DNA of 64,000 nucleotides from an uncultured cyanobacterium (GCA_963706595.1 OY970166.1:1856001-1920000), one strand, 5' to 3'. Positions 20,179 through 32,379 are shown, counted from the first letter of the stretch. Notes: a model not told the origin generated them from the letters alone. Translations and numbers: made by a program.

Positions 20179-21910
20179 CTAAAAACCCAAGTCAGCTTTT
20201 GCTAATTCTGCCGCAGCGAATACTTCTGCATCTGGTTTTTCTTCCCAAGCGGGGTCTCCGATTTCTGCATAGAAGGTTGCGTCATAAGGACGAGTTTTCA
20301 CAACCACCGGCATGGGGACGGCATGACCTAAAATTAAAGCTTGTTGCTTTGAATCTAATTTGGCTAATACTGACCGCAAACCACCCGCACCAGATACACC
20401 TGTAAAAATAGCATCAATATCTTTATCATCATTGAGCAAAGCGGTGATTCGTGTGCCAATTTGAGACATCACTTCATTATCAATCCCGGATGGACGTTGG
20501 TCTACAACTAACAAAGTTACAAAATATTTTCGCAGTTCTCTGGCGATAGTTCCAAAGATTGTACTTTGTACCACTCCTGGGTCTAGAAAACGGTGCGCCT
20601 CTTCAATTGTAATCATTAATGGTGTGGGGCGATCGCATGGATTTTTGCTTTGTAAAAATGTATCGGCTTTTTTGACATAATGTGCATGAATTCTTCTGGT
20701 GATCATGTTAGTCACCAACATATAAGAAAGCATATTAGACTGAGAACCAAATTCTATAACTACGTTCTTCCCAGCTTCCAAAGACTGCACAATTTTACTA
20801 ATATAATTCTGTGGGCAAACTCCGCGCATATACTTTAAACTATCCATGCGGAGAAGTTTACGCTGTAATCCCATAATCGAACCTTTATGTCCCCGCTTTT
20901 CGTCGCAGAACATTTCGATTTCTTCGTTAGTCATATTCAGCAACTGGACAATCCAAGATTTGCCAAATTCGCTATATAAAATATTCGCATTATCCAAAGC
21001 TGCATCCGATAAGCCTAAATCTCGACTGCATAACTTGATATCTTCAACTTCCACTTGCTCATAACTCAAATATAGTTCTTGAGCATCACGCACACCCCGA
21101 CGTTTTGTCGATTCAGGATCAAGGGTGTAGACTTCCACTTTACCAGGAAATAGTTGCTTTAAGCCTTTAACAGGTACTAACATTTTTACCTTCGGCTACC
21201 GCTTCCCAGCCATACTCCGAGTGCATATCAAATATCAAGTTTACTGCCGCATTTTTACGGATAACCCCAGCTAAAAGTAAGCGGGTGAGGAAGGATTTAC
21301 CAGTCCCAGATTTACCAAATACGCCATTACTGCGTTCAACAAAGCGGTTTAAATCGATACAGACAGGTACATCCATATCTAAGGGTTTACCGATAGAGAA
21401 GTTTCGCCGTTGGGGGTCATCTTCCCAACCAAATACGCGGCGAAAATCATCCACACTGGCTTCGTAAACTTGGCTAAAGTGACTGGGAATCGTCTTCACC
21501 GGGAGTAATTCCATAGTCGTACTAGTTTGAGCCTGAAATGACGCTAAACCAGTTGCTGATGGGACAAAACCGTTAGCCGCTTTACCATTACTTGACGACA
21601 AAGATTCATCAGATTCGGGTGTGAACATCAACATCGGCGAGAGGTTAATCGTCCCATAAGTACCACTACCTGCTAAAACTTCTCGTAAAAAAGTGTCTTC
21701 CCAATTGGGGGGACTAGCAATAATGCGATCATTCGCAGTTCCCAATGCTACATCAGTCAGCATACAGAAAAAGCGCGATCGCAGTCCATGCACAACTAAA
21801 AATTTACCCACCCGCATATCTTCAACAGAAATATCCGGGTGTAGTCGTACTTCTAATCCCCCAGTCAAAGAACCTTGGATGACTGAACCTAATGGTTGTG
21901 CCGAATTCAT
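20179..21910 (-). CDS. HerA/DUF87 family helicase-like ATPase, split by a +1 indel at ~21173
   Basis: Walker A GKSGTGKS, FDMHSEYG, IEEAHRF, ARELRKY, DQRPS; removing one base joins the two ORFs (576 aa). Confidence 0.88.
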
Positions 21911-22046
21911 ATCTTAAGTGCTGAGAACTTGATCATAAGTCTCTATAGTTATGGTTTCCGATCAATGAACCACAGAGGCACAGAGAATACTGAGGAGTCA
22001 GGAAGAGAGAGATTTTTTACAGTCCCTTAGCTTATCATCTCATCAT

Positions 22047-22838
22047 CTAGTCAATTTGAATAGAAGTCGGTGCTGATCCAGTGGTCGGTAAACTAATTAA
22101 TGGTTTACGAAATTGAGCATACAAGCGATCGCGCCAAGTAAAGAAGGGTTCATAATTGGGATTATCTGCCAATCCTGGGACACCTTTACCTCTGAGACTT
22201 GCTGGTAAATCAAGATAAGGGGCTTCGGGGAACTTCAACAATATAGATAAACTAGCCACTGCTAAGTCAGCTAAGGTTGGCTCGTCTCCGGTTAAATAGG
22301 GACTATCGGCTAATATTAGTGTTAACGATTCTAAGTCTTGTTTCAAGTCCGCGATCGCTGATTTAATCACATCTGGACTATAACCCACCCCAAAACCCAA
22401 AACAGTCAACACATCACTGGGTACTCCAGCCACAAGAGTTTTGAAGATATCAGGTGTGGAATTCGGTAATAAGGACTTGCGGAAATTTTGGTCTTGACTA
22501 ATAGCCGAAAACAGCGCCTTTCTCCCTTTGACACCAATGGACTCATCAGCCCATTCTTCCATCAATAAGCATAAACCCCGTCGCTTCGGATCTTGAGGGA
22601 TGAGTGGGCGTTCAGGATATTCTAAGTCTAAATATTTAGCAATTTCCGTAGAATCAACAATATATCTATTACCGTCTTTTAAAACTGGCACTTGCTTTTG
22701 TCCAGTCAGCCGGAACAAATCTACCTGTCCCATTCCCGGTGTAACTTCTATTTTACGGTAATCTAGCCCTTTATAATCTAGGATTAACCGCACTTTTTCT
22801 GAGTAATGAGATAATTCCCATTGGTATAATTCTAGCAT
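22047..22838 (-). CDS. Glutathione S-transferase family protein
   Basis: LYQWELSHYSEKVRL, QVPVL, DST.I..YL, PTLADLA. Confidence 0.9.
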   Translation of the reverse strand: MLELYQWELSHYSEKVRLILDYKGLDYRKIEVTPGMGQVDLFRLTGQKQVPVLKDGNRYIVDSTEIAKYLDLEYPERPLIPQDPKRRGLCLLMEEWADESIGVKGRKALFSAISQDQNFRKSLLPNSTPDIFKTLVAGVPSDVLTVLGFGVGYSPDVIKSAIADLKQDLESLTLILADSPYLTGDEPTLADLAVASLSILLKFPEAPYLDLPASLRGKGVPGLADNPNYEPFFTWRDRLYAQFRKPLISLPTTGSAPTSIQID

Positions 22839-23330
22839 AATCTCTACTTTAAACAGATTCACTGCACAACGCTCTCATTGTATCTTTAGTTCAAGTAATT
22901 TTCCTGAGAAATTCAGCAATTCATCTCAAAAACTTGAAACAAAATCGGCTATTTTTGCTTCATCGTAGGTAATTACGTGATTTTTATCAAAAACTTATTT
23001 TCTGAATGATTAAAATCTCAAATAAACCAAGTTTATGAATAAATATACTCAAGTGACCTGACTTTGAGATTCAGGTGTGGAAAAACATAAAAAATAAGAT
23101 TACATAGTACCGCAAGGCGTTCGTCAGCAGAGGCATATTGCAATACGCCCGAACAACAGTCAAAAAGTTGACTTTATAGGTTGTTGATTGATTTTAGATA
23201 GTTGTGCTATTTACGCCGTGCTGTAATCGTCATTTTCACCAATAATCTAGATGCTAAATTGAGATATTTGGCGTAGCGAAGTGTTATAAATCTTTATGTG
23301 ACCTGTAAAACTGAAAGACAAACAAGATTT

Positions 23331-24038
23331 ATGAAGGCAAATTACAGCAAATTGTTGACCAAGTTGGCAGGAGTAGTAGGGTTAGCGAGCGTTAGTCTCC
23401 TGATCACTCTACCATCTGGAGCCAATGAGTCAACCAATAATTTATTAGCACAGGCAGGTAGTGGACGACTCAATCCCAGACCTAGTATTTTCAATGAGCC
23501 TCCCTATAACCGTGGTCCACGGACTGAGCCGACTGAGCCGACTGAGCCGACTACTCCTGGTCCACGCACTCCCAGAGAAACACCTCCCGCAACGCCTCCG
23601 GGAGCAGGGACACCTGGCACTCAAAATCAAACCTTGTTATCATTGGCAGAGTCTAGCCCTAACTTTAAAACCTTAACTGCCGCTTTAAAAGCAGCCGGAT
23701 TGACAGACGCTTTGCAAGGTTCAGAGAACCTAACAGTTTTTGCTCCCACTGATGCTGCATTTGCCAAATTACCCGCAGATGCTGTGAGAGATTTGTTGAA
23801 GCCAGAAAATAAAGAAGTTTTGCTGAAGCTATTAACTTACCATGTGGTCAGTGGTACTGTTCTATCCACTGACTTAGAATCTGGCGAAGTAAAAAGCCTT
23901 GAAGGCGGTGCAATCACTGTCAAAGTGAGTCCTAATGGTGTAATGGTGAATGATGCCAACGTAGTTCAGGCAGATATTAAAGCTAGTAATGGTGTAATAC
24001 ACGCGATTGATCAGGTGATTTTGCCTCCTGACTTGTAG
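23331..24038 (+). CDS. Secreted fasciclin (FAS1) domain protein
   Basis: Signal peptide, P/T linker, TVFAPTDAAF, LTYHVV, NGVIHAID. Confidence 0.93.
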   Translation: MKANYSKLLTKLAGVVGLASVSLLITLPSGANESTNNLLAQAGSGRLNPRPSIFNEPPYNRGPRTEPTEPTEPTTPGPRTPRETPPATPPGAGTPGTQNQTLLSLAESSPNFKTLTAALKAAGLTDALQGSENLTVFAPTDAAFAKLPADAVRDLLKPENKEVLLKLLTYHVVSGTVLSTDLESGEVKSLEGGAITVKVSPNGVMVNDANVVQADIKASNGVIHAIDQVILPPDL

Positions 24039-24088
24039 TTTTCCAGCAGAGGTTGAATCGCGATCGCGATTCAAATCCTAGCTAAGAT

Positions 24089-24126
24089 AAAATCCCGTTC
24101 AGATATTAAATCTGGGCGGGATTTTT
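24089..24126. terminator. Rho-independent terminator after the fasciclin gene
   Basis: AAAATCCCGTTCAGA...TCTGGGCGGGATTTTT hairpin. Confidence 0.7.
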
Positions 24127-24336
24127 CTGTAATCGTCATCCTGAAATATCTACCAAAAGGGGGTAGACTTATAAACAGAAATAGACGTTAGCTTAACATA
24201 ACTTTTTATAACAGTTTTTTGAGCTTTCCCCCTGATATTTAAAATTATGTGTCACAATCACAAGATGAGAATTAATTCGGCGACAGCGTTTGTTTTTAGT
24301 ATTGACAGGCTTTTTTCTTGTGGTATTTACAGACTT

Positions 24337-24384
24337 ATCTCCGAAATCTAAATCTCTACATCTTTGCGATTTTGGAGACAATCA
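24337..24384 (+). promoter_or_regulatory. Conserved rbp-type 5' leader (cold-responsive rbp genes)
   Basis: TCTCCGAAATCTAAATCTCTAC...TTTTGGAGA; TCTCC can pair with the GGAGA RBS. Confidence 0.55.
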
Positions 24385-24690
24385 ATGTCAATTTATGTAG
24401 GCAATCTCTCTTACGACGTTACCCAAGAAGCTCTAAGTGGCGTGTTTGAAGAGTATGGAACTGTAAAACGGGTGCAAATACCTACTGACCGTGAAACAGG
24501 TCGTGTACGTGGTTTTGCTTTCGTTGAAATGGGTTCAGACGCTGAAGAAACAGCAGCCATTGAAGCGCTAGACGGTGCTGAATGGATGGGACGCGACCTG
24601 AAAGTTAATAAAGCTAAACCCAAAGAAGACAGAGGTGGTTCCTTTGGTGGTAGCCGGGGCGGCGGCGGCGGCTCCCGTAACCGCTACTAA
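24385..24690 (+). CDS. rbp: RRM RNA-binding protein with Gly-rich tail
   Basis: RNP2 IYVGNL, RNP1 RGFAFVEM, GGGG tail. Confidence 0.93.
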   Translation: MSIYVGNLSYDVTQEALSGVFEEYGTVKRVQIPTDRETGRVRGFAFVEMGSDAEETAAIEALDGAEWMGRDLKVNKAKPKEDRGGSFGGSRGGGGGSRNRY

Positions 24691-24791
24691 GAGGTAGGGA
24701 GCAGGGGAGCAGGGGAGAAAAACTTTCCAGTACACAGTCCCTAGTCCCTAGTCCCTAATTCCCACGATTTAAAACCGGGGATTAAATACTT

Positions 24792-24829
24792 AAACTCCGA
24801 ACATGGACTCAGCCTGTTCGGAGTTTTTT
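24792..24829 (+). terminator. Terminator after rbp
   Basis: AAACTCCGAACA...TGTTCGGAGTTTTTT. Confidence 0.7.
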
Positions 24830-24923
24830 AATTTTTATAGATTAGGACATTATTGAGTCCTGAAAGCCTTGAAGCAACTTGGTTTTTACTCAGGAATCAG
24901 AACTCAGCACAAACCTAATAAAT

Positions 24924-25094
24924 TTAGAGGATACCCCAGAAGTGGAGAAAGCCTTGACCGGAGAACACTTCTAATAGAATAGCGGATACAAAACCAATCA
25001 TGGCAAAGCGACCGTTCCAGTTTTCGCTTTGGGAAGTGAATCCCCAGCGTAAAGCGTTAGGGTCGTTTGAAGCTACATTCTTAGTATCTGGCAT
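24924..25094 (-). CDS. hli: High-light-inducible protein (HLIP/SCP), 56 aa; not in ORF track
   Basis: Manual translation [56 protein letters not shown] with ExxNGRxAMIG motif. Confidence 0.93.
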   Translation of the reverse strand: MPDTKNVASNDPNALRWGFTSQSENWNGRFAMIGFVSAILLEVFSGQGFLHFWGIL

Positions 25095-25134
25095 AATTAA
25101 TATTCCTAGTTTTTATGTGGCAAAAATTGCTGCT

Positions 25135-25152
25135 TATGTAAACTAATGTAAC
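25135..25152 (-). promoter_or_regulatory. HLR1 element (RpaB binding site) upstream of hli
   Basis: Minus strand GTTACATT-AG-TTTACATA matches the (G/T)TTACA(T/A)(T/A)-N2 direct repeat. Confidence 0.8.
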
Positions 25153-25229
25153 AGATGTTTACGAAAATGCAATACAAAAACCCAACTTTAATTGAGGTAA
25201 TTACCGTACACGGTCATCAGTTTCAGTGA

Positions 25230-26747
25230 CTATGCGCGCGTATAACGATGTTTCACGCCAATGGGGAAATATTCTGCATCACCCATTGGGGCTAGTGTGA
25301 TTTGTGGGGTTTGATATTCTGGGGAAACATAGTTGGCAAACTCGCTGTTGAGGCGCAACAGTTGCGAAAGAATTGAGGATGTTATGGCTTGTCTCTTGTC
25401 TTCACCACTTTCTACCCCTGGCGCTAATTCTACAACTATAGACAAAAATCGGTTTTGATCTGCATCTTCTTTGACCTGTAACACGAACTTCCCCGTTACC
25501 CACTCAGGAATTCTGCCTTGTTCTAATCCCACTGTCACATTTTCGGGATAAATATTCGCGCCAAAGTAGGAAACTGTAAAGTTAGAGCGTCCGAAAACAT
25601 AGACAAAAGGTAAGGGATGAATTCCTCTGGGTAACTGCTGAGTCTGAGAACGCAGATGTTCCACAGGATCAAATCCCCACTCTGCCAAGAACTCAAACAT
25701 GGCATCATAACTAATGATCCCGCCAGTATCCATGATGTTATAGCGGATCAAAGGAATGCCATTATCTCCAGAAAATAATAGTATGTTGTTCTCAACTTCA
25801 AATAAGCGACTGCTGGGGTCGTATTGTACCAATGTGGGTAAGCGAGATTCCCCAAATAAAGCTTTGGCTGCATCTGGATGTTCTGCGAGGAACCGACGAA
25901 TGCAGATACTCAAGGGTGTTTCATTACCCAATACACCTGCGTCCGCAGTACCGTAGAGTGATGCAGAGTCGTAGCAGGGATTTTGCGCCCCAACTCTCTC
26001 ACCCACCAAACTCCGCCATTCTTCGCTGAATACTTCTCCCGCCATCACTAATTTAATCTGATATTGCTGCCACTCCACACCCAGAGTAATACCAGTATCA
26101 ACTACATCTTTCAGAAATGGCGGATATCCTAGTAACACTACTTGATCAAAAGCTGCACCGATTTCCTGGACAATCCGCAAAATTTCTGATTTATTGTTAC
26201 CAGGGGTAATTACAGTCAGGGGATAGCCTTTACTGGCAAGATAGCGACAGCAATTAGTGGTAAACATTCCACCTACCCAAGTGCCTAATGAGAAACAAAT
26301 TATAGCTAGAGTCCGTCTAGTATCTGCATAAAAACTATCATGAAAAATCTGCTCAAATCGTGTAGCAATTTGTAGTTCATCAGTGAAGAAACGCGGCCAA
26401 AATGTGGGTTTACCGGTGGAACCGGAGGAAGCAGCGATCATATCGCAGGCTTCTAACTTTCCATAGCGGCACAATTGGGCTAAAGAATAACGCGATATAT
26501 AATTTTCTTTGTTAATTACAGGTAGTTTCTGAAAATCCGCAAATGTTTGGATAGCGGTGGGGTCAATTTGTTGTGCTGCTAAAAAAGCTTGGTAAGCAGG
26601 TACATTGGCAGCGACATCGTAAAATAAATTTAAGGCTGTTGTTGGGCTGGGAAGATTTCGATGTTGTTGGAGTAGTGTTTCCAAGGGAGTAGATACAAAA
26701 TGTGCAAATGCCTGAATGGCTCGCGTTGTTTGTGATTTGTCGTTCAT
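25230..26747 (-). CDS. Phenylacetate-CoA ligase-like (PaaK/AMP-binding) family protein
   Basis: VPAY, SSGSTGKP, GYPPF, AGE, YGTAD, PLIRYNI.D.G, GR. Confidence 0.88.
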   Translation of the reverse strand: MNDKSQTTRAIQAFAHFVSTPLETLLQQHRNLPSPTTALNLFYDVAANVPAYQAFLAAQQIDPTAIQTFADFQKLPVINKENYISRYSLAQLCRYGKLEACDMIAASSGSTGKPTFWPRFFTDELQIATRFEQIFHDSFYADTRRTLAIICFSLGTWVGGMFTTNCCRYLASKGYPLTVITPGNNKSEILRIVQEIGAAFDQVVLLGYPPFLKDVVDTGITLGVEWQQYQIKLVMAGEVFSEEWRSLVGERVGAQNPCYDSASLYGTADAGVLGNETPLSICIRRFLAEHPDAAKALFGESRLPTLVQYDPSSRLFEVENNILLFSGDNGIPLIRYNIMDTGGIISYDAMFEFLAEWGFDPVEHLRSQTQQLPRGIHPLPFVYVFGRSNFTVSYFGANIYPENVTVGLEQGRIPEWVTGKFVLQVKEDADQNRFLSIVVELAPGVESGEDKRQAITSSILSQLLRLNSEFANYVSPEYQTPQITLAPMGDAEYFPIGVKHRYTRA

Positions 26748-26893
26748 GACGTTTATTGTTACTTGTTGCCAGTATTTTAGTTATTATCAGATTTATTCAA
26801 ACTTTTGCTCTGGGAAGTGTCGGGACGATAACCGTAACTGGAACTGCATCAGTTGTAGTAAGTTAATAAAACCTTAGTTGAGCCTTCAGCATC

Positions 26894-28585
26894 ATGCAGG
26901 TATATTGCAGTAAACAACACGGAAACAACGGTGGGAACCGTTTTTGTATCCACTGTGGTGAGCCATTACCTCTGGTTTTTGGGCAGGTTGTAAATAATCG
27001 TTATCAGATTATCCGGCAATTAGGTCAAGGCGGTTTTGGCCGCACTTATTTGGCGGAAGATTGCCATAAATCCCGGCAAACTTGTGTGTTGAAGGAATTT
27101 GCGCCTCAAGTGCAAGCACAGCAGGATTTAGAAAAAGCTAAAGAATTATTTGAGCGCGAAGCCAATGTTCTAAAAACACTCCAACATCCCCAAATTCCCC
27201 GTTTTCACGCTTCGCTGCAAGTGGAGATAGGGAGTAAAGATTTTTTCTTTTTAGTGCAAGATTATATCGATGGTGACAATTATGATCAATTGTTAGAGCA
27301 GCGCCAAAGCCAGGGAAAAGCTTTTAGTGAAGAGGAGGTGGTAACTCTACTGCAACAGATTTTACCTGTGTTGTCCTATATCCACTCACGAGATGTTGTT
27401 CACCGTGATATTTCTCCTGATAATTTGATTTGGCGGCGTGCTGATAATTTGCCGATGTTGATTGACTTTGGTGGTGTGAAGCAATTGCCGGCGGCTCAAG
27501 GTTTTTGGTTTACTCAGTTGGGTGGGAATAATACTTTATTAGGTAAAAAGGGCTACGCGCCGGAGGAACAGCTACGCCAGGGTAAAGTATTTTTTAATAG
27601 CGATTTATATGCTTTGGCGGTTACAGTTTTAGTGTTGCTTACAGGTAAAGAACCACAAAAACTCTACGACAGCTATCAAGGTGTTTGGTACTGGGGAAAG
27701 GAAATTAAAGTCAGTAGTCAATTGGAGTTGGTGTTAAAAAAGATGCTGGCTTATAAGCCGAGCGATCGCTATGAAAGAGCCGACCAAATACTCCGCGATT
27801 TACCCTCTGCTATAACCCGCAAACCCTACAATACTTATGTTACCAAGCTGAAGACTATGGTGGTGGCTCCGGGACTAAAACGCGCTCATAATCTCATCAG
27901 TAAATTCCATAGTAAAACGCCAGGAGTTAATCAAACTATCACTATGCCAGTTTGGCTGCGCCCTTTTGCTGTGAGTCTTGGGGGAACAGCTTTAGTTGTT
28001 TTAACTGGCGCAGGTACTTGGGCCGTGGTAAATTCGATAATTCGTAGTGTCGCTTCCATCACCGTACCCACAATTACCCTACCTTCACTTCCTAGTTTAC
28101 CCAATCCTCTGGGGAGTCCAGGCGGTGAGAAAGGTTCTAATGATATCAGCCAAATTTTAACCCGCCGCCAACAGCTAGAAATACCCGAAGTGTTTTTTAC
28201 TCAGTTTGTCGATAATTTATTTTATGCTGAAAACCCAGATTTAAATAGACGCAGCCTCACGAATGGGTCAGAAGATGCAGCATTAAGGGCTGAATGGGTT
28301 GGCATTGCCAGAAACTTATTAAATCAAATAGAACAGGCTAATATCAGTACAGCGTCTCGTCGGCAACTGGGACGCTATAGTTCACAAAATGAGAGAATTT
28401 GGAGACAACAAGCCAGAGCAGGAGAATGGAGAAATTATACAATTGACCAACTTAACCAAGATACAAATGAAAAATTTGATCGGTTGTTTCCAGGACAACA
28501 GCGTGGGAAACTGAATCAGCAAACTTTCGGTCAACTGTGGTATGCGATCGCATCTGATCAAGTCAGTAAGGTAAAAATTAAATAA
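26894..28585 (+). CDS. pknA: Membrane Ser/Thr protein kinase (PknA-like)
   Basis: Zn-ribbon N-terminus, complete kinase motifs ([24 protein letters not shown]), TM; tandem arrangement with a P/T-tailed kinase recalls Anabaena pknA-pknD. Confidence 0.75.
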   Translation: MQVYCSKQHGNNGGNRFCIHCGEPLPLVFGQVVNNRYQIIRQLGQGGFGRTYLAEDCHKSRQTCVLKEFAPQVQAQQDLEKAKELFEREANVLKTLQHPQIPRFHASLQVEIGSKDFFFLVQDYIDGDNYDQLLEQRQSQGKAFSEEEVVTLLQQILPVLSYIHSRDVVHRDISPDNLIWRRADNLPMLIDFGGVKQLPAAQGFWFTQLGGNNTLLGKKGYAPEEQLRQGKVFFNSDLYALAVTVLVLLTGKEPQKLYDSYQGVWYWGKEIKVSSQLELVLKKMLAYKPSDRYERADQILRDLPSAITRKPYNTYVTKLKTMVVAPGLKRAHNLISKFHSKTPGVNQTITMPVWLRPFAVSLGGTALVVLTGAGTWAVVNSIIRSVASITVPTITLPSLPSLPNPLGSPGGEKGSNDISQILTRRQQLEIPEVFFTQFVDNLFYAENPDLNRRSLTNGSEDAALRAEWVGIARNLLNQIEQANISTASRRQLGRYSSQNERIWRQQARAGEWRNYTIDQLNQDTNEKFDRLFPGQQRGKLNQQTFGQLWYAIASDQVSKVKIK

Positions 28586-28673
28586 TCCATACTTCCTTAA
28601 TGGTAAAATCCCTTAGATTTATCTGTGGGGTAAATCCAAAATCTAAAATCCAAAATTCTATGACTCATAACTT

Positions 28674-30776
28674 ATGCATACAAATAATACTATTCAACCG
28701 GGTCTAACTTTAAGCGATCGCTATGTAATTGTCCGTCAAATTGGTCAAGGTGGTTTTGGACGCACTTATTTAGCCGAAGACATTAACCGCTTTCGGGAAC
28801 TTTGTGTTTTAAAGGAATTTTCCCCTCAAGTTCAAACTGACTACGTTGTGCAGAAAGCCGAAGAATTATTTGAGCGCGAAGCTAGTGTTCTCTACAAGCT
28901 GCAACATCCCCAAATTCCCCGCTTTCGGGAACTGCTGCGAATTAACTTAGAAGGTAAAAAATACCTGTTTTTGGTGCAAGATTATGTCGAAGGACAAACT
29001 TACAATTCTTTATTAAATACGCGTAAGCAGCAAGGGTTGCGGTTTACTGAGTCGGAAATCCGGCAATTGTTAGGACAAATTCTGCCAGTTTTGGAATATA
29101 TCCACTCAATGGGCGTAATTCATCGGGATATCTCGCCAGATAATTTAATGCTTCGCACCATTGACCAATTACCAATATTAATTGATTTTGGCGGTGTGAA
29201 ACAGGTAGCAGCAACCGTGGCTTCGGAATATTACCAACCGGAACAATATGCATCTCCCCCATCACCCACTTTATTAGGTAAAGTCGGTTTTGCACCTCCA
29301 GAACAGATGCAAACGGGTTTGGTGTCTACTCACAGCGATTTGTATGCTTTGGCTGTGACAATGCTAGTTTTATTGACAGGTAAACAGCCGCAAGAACTGA
29401 TTGATAATTATAATTTGACTTGGCAATGGCGACGAGAAGTGAGTGTCAGTCAGGCTTTGGGGCAAATATTAGATAAAATGCTATCTCCTAGACCAGGCGA
29501 TCGCTATCAATCAGCGAGTCATGTATTGCAAGCCCTCTACTCGCCACCAGTCAGCTATCCCCCCACTCAATATCCCCCCACTCAACATCCCACTACCCCA
29601 CCACCAACATCTGCTACAGTTGCTGTTTCTCCAGCTTCCCCAGTAGCGCGTCCAGCTTCCCCATCCGCCTCATCTCCCTCCTCGTCTCCTCAACCAACAT
29701 CCTGGTTAACACCAGTCACAGGAATGGTAGCAGTCCTGTTAGTTGTGGGTACAGTGGGAGGAATTTGGTGGGGAGTCAGTAGTGGCGATCGCAATCCTGG
29801 AGAAGTCAAACCCACACCCACCCCCACGGTTGACCAGCCCACTGATTCCTCAGCGAAATTTTCCGCAGCAGAACGTCAGCGCAAGCAAAGATTAGACAAT
29901 CGCCGTCAACAATTGGGTATTGATTCCAGATTTTACGTCAACTTGGTAAATCAAGACTTTTGGGACAATAACCCCAGTTTACGGGGAAGCACTCTCAGCG
30001 AAGACCCGAAAGATGAAAGTTTGCGCACAGAATGGGATGAAACAGCCGCCGAATTACTAGAAAAACTGGCTCCATTGAGTAATGGGGCGCGTCAGCAATT
30101 AGGAACTTATACAGCAGCAGAACGCGAACGTTGGCGAGTTGAAGCCAACAAACTCAATGTTAGTAGTACTGCTTTATATGATTTAGGAGATGCTGCCTTT
30201 TTTAACAAATTTCCAGAACAACGGGGAAAAGATTTTATTAATCAACCCATTGGGCAAATTTGGCATGGATTTGTTAGCGATAAACTCAATGCTTTGATTT
30301 CTCGCACAGCTTTGGAAAGAATTACCTTTGATGCAGGTGCTACTAGCAGAACCATGAGGGGAAATCTGCAACCTGCTGTTCACCCGGCTGGTGGTAAAAT
30401 TTTTATTGCTAACTTGGCTCAAAATCAACTGATGACAGTCAAGCTACAAGCCAGTTCTCAAGTTTTGCTATCAGTATACTCTCCCTCTGGTAAATTCAAA
30501 ATTTTAGAAGATTCTACAGAACGGGATTTATCAACTAAATTACCAGAATCGGGATTTTATGAGTTTGTGATTGCTTCCACAGCATCAGAACCACTCAGTT
30601 ATCAACTCAGTATTGCGGCGGAAAATCCCACACCAGAACCCACACCCACACCTACACCCACACCTACACCCACACCTACACCCACACCTACACCCACACC
30701 TACACCCACACCTACACCAGAGCCTACGCCTACACCTACACCTACACCTACACCTCCGGAAACTGAGTCCAACTGA
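28674..30776 (+). CDS. pknD: Membrane Ser/Thr protein kinase with C-terminal Pro/Thr repeat (PknD-like)
   Basis: Complete kinase motifs, TM, post-TM domain paralogous to upstream kinase, (PT)n tail encoded by 12-bp repeats at ~30640-30755. Confidence 0.75.
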   Translation: MHTNNTIQPGLTLSDRYVIVRQIGQGGFGRTYLAEDINRFRELCVLKEFSPQVQTDYVVQKAEELFEREASVLYKLQHPQIPRFRELLRINLEGKKYLFLVQDYVEGQTYNSLLNTRKQQGLRFTESEIRQLLGQILPVLEYIHSMGVIHRDISPDNLMLRTIDQLPILIDFGGVKQVAATVASEYYQPEQYASPPSPTLLGKVGFAPPEQMQTGLVSTHSDLYALAVTMLVLLTGKQPQELIDNYNLTWQWRREVSVSQALGQILDKMLSPRPGDRYQSASHVLQALYSPPVSYPPTQYPPTQHPTTPPPTSATVAVSPASPVARPASPSASSPSSSPQPTSWLTPVTGMVAVLLVVGTVGGIWWGVSSGDRNPGEVKPTPTPTVDQPTDSSAKFSAAERQRKQRLDNRRQQLGIDSRFYVNLVNQDFWDNNPSLRGSTLSEDPKDESLRTEWDETAAELLEKLAPLSNGARQQLGTYTAAERERWRVEANKLNVSSTALYDLGDAAFFNKFPEQRGKDFINQPIGQIWHGFVSDKLNALISRTALERITFDAGATSRTMRGNLQPAVHPAGGKIFIANLAQNQLMTVKLQASSQVLLSVYSPSGKFKILEDSTERDLSTKLPESGFYEFVIASTASEPLSYQLSIAAENPTPEPTPTPTPTPTPTPTPTPTPTPTPTPTPEPTPTPTPTPTPPETESN

Positions 30777-30811
30777 AGTTAATTGCACAGACGCACAGAA
30801 GAGGAGTTAAG

Positions 30812-31300
30812 GAGTTACCCGATGGCAAAATAGTAGTAATTGCTGGGGAACATGAAGATTTTTATGACCCAGATTTTTGTATTTATAATGATGTAATTGT
30901 TGCTCAAGGTGATGGTGACTTCCAAATTTATGGTTATCCAGAAGATGTTTTCCCGCCCACTGATTTTCATTCAGCAACATTGGTAGGAGAATACATATAT
31001 ATTATTGGCAGTTTAGGTTATCTAGACAAGAGAATTTGCGACCATACGCCAGTTTATAGACTCCATTCTCAGACTTTCACGATCGAAAGAGTTGAGACTT
31101 CTGGGGAAAATCCAGGATGGATTCATAAACACACAGCCTGCTATGAAGAACCCAATAAAATCTGTATTAGTGGGGGTGATATTTTCACGATAGTGAATCA
31201 AGAGCAACAGTATTTAGATAATACCAATAGCTACACTTTGGATTTAAAAAATTTTCGTTGGACTCGCGTGATTCCATTAGATAAAACTGAGTATAAATAG
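30812..31300 (+). pseudogene. 5'-truncated fragment of a conserved protein (LPDG..V.IAGEHEDFYDPDFCIYND...YP..VFPPTDFHSAT family, often fused to ankyrin repeats)
   Basis: Frame of ORF 30980-31300 stays open upstream through the conserved motif but has no start codon. Confidence 0.6.
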
Positions 31301-31407
31301 CGACAATGGCTTCCAGGATTTGATAGGCGATCGCATAAGACTTCACGCTATACTTTACCCGATAGCTAGACATTCTCTAATCATTGACAAGCAAAGGGTG
31401 ACATCTC

Positions 31408-32379
31408 ATGACTCGGACTATTTCTCAATTTATCGAAGAGAATTTTTTACATTTTAACGCCGCCGCCCTGGTTGATGCGGCTAAAGCATACAAAGCCCAT
31501 CTTGAGGATAACGGTAAGATGATGATTACTCTGGCTGGAGCCATGAGTACAGCCGAATTGGGGATATCTTTAGCCGAAATGATTCGCCAGGATAAGGTGC
31601 AGATTATTTCGTGTACAGGGGCGAATCTGGAAGAAGATATTATGAATTTGGTAGCCCATAATCATTATAAGCGTGTCCCTAACTATCGAGACTTAGGCCC
31701 TGAAGATGAATGGCAACTTCTGGAACAGGGGTTTAATCGAGTAACTGATACTTGCATTCCCGAAGAAGAGGCTTTTCGGAGAATACAGAAGCACATTTTC
31801 CAACAATGGAAAGAAGCGAATGACAAAGGGGAAAGATATTTTCCTCATGAATTCATGTATAAGATGCTTCTATCTGGCGATATGGAACAATATTATCAAA
31901 TAGACCCCAAAAATAGCTGGATGTTGGCGGCTGCACAGAAAGGATTGCCAATTGTTTGTCCTGGTTGGGAAGATTCCACAATGGGCAATATTTTTTCTTC
32001 CTACTGCATGAAAAAAGAACTTCAACCCAGCACAATGAAGTCGGGAATTGAATATATGATGTGGCTGGCGGACTGGTATAAAGAAAATTCTGCTGGTAGA
32101 GGGATAGGATTTTTCCAAATTGGTGGGGGAATTGCGGGAGATTTCCCCATTTGCGTTGTCCCGATGCTTTATCAAGATTTGGAAATGACTGATATTCCAT
32201 TCTGGTCTTATTTCTGCCAAATTTCCGATTCCACTACCAGTTATGGTTCTTATTCTGGAGCAGTACCCAATGAGAAAATCACTTGGGGTAAGTTAGATAA
32301 AAACACACCACGTTTTGTTGTAGAGTCTGATGCCAGTATAGTTGCTCCTTTAATGTTTGCCTATATTTTGGAACAATGA
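31408..32379 (+). CDS. Deoxyhypusine synthase-like protein (probable homospermidine synthase activity)
   Basis: FNAA, LAGAMS, CTGAN.EED, DS..G, IGGG, YGSYSGA.PNEKITWGK (catalytic Lys), SDAS. Confidence 0.9.
   Translation: MTRTISQFIEENFLHFNAAALVDAAKAYKAHLEDNGKMMITLAGAMSTAELGISLAEMIRQDKVQIISCTGANLEEDIMNLVAHNHYKRVPNYRDLGPEDEWQLLEQGFNRVTDTCIPEEEAFRRIQKHIFQQWKEANDKGERYFPHEFMYKMLLSGDMEQYYQIDPKNSWMLAAAQKGLPIVCPGWEDSTMGNIFSSYCMKKELQPSTMKSGIEYMMWLADWYKENSAGRGIGFFQIGGGIAGDFPICVVPMLYQDLEMTDIPFWSYFCQISDSTTSYGSYSGAVPNEKITWGKLDKNTPRFVVESDASIVAPLMFAYILEQ

Noticed and set aside
20179..21910. HerA ATPase as part of an anti-phage system (e.g. SIR2-HerA)
   Set aside because: No adjacent nuclease or SIR2 partner; looks like the common stand-alone cyanobacterial HerA
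30571..30810. His/Pro-rich and Cys/Arg-rich ORFs (30571-30810 +, 30585-30788 -)
   Set aside because: Alternative-frame readings of the kinase PT-repeat DNA
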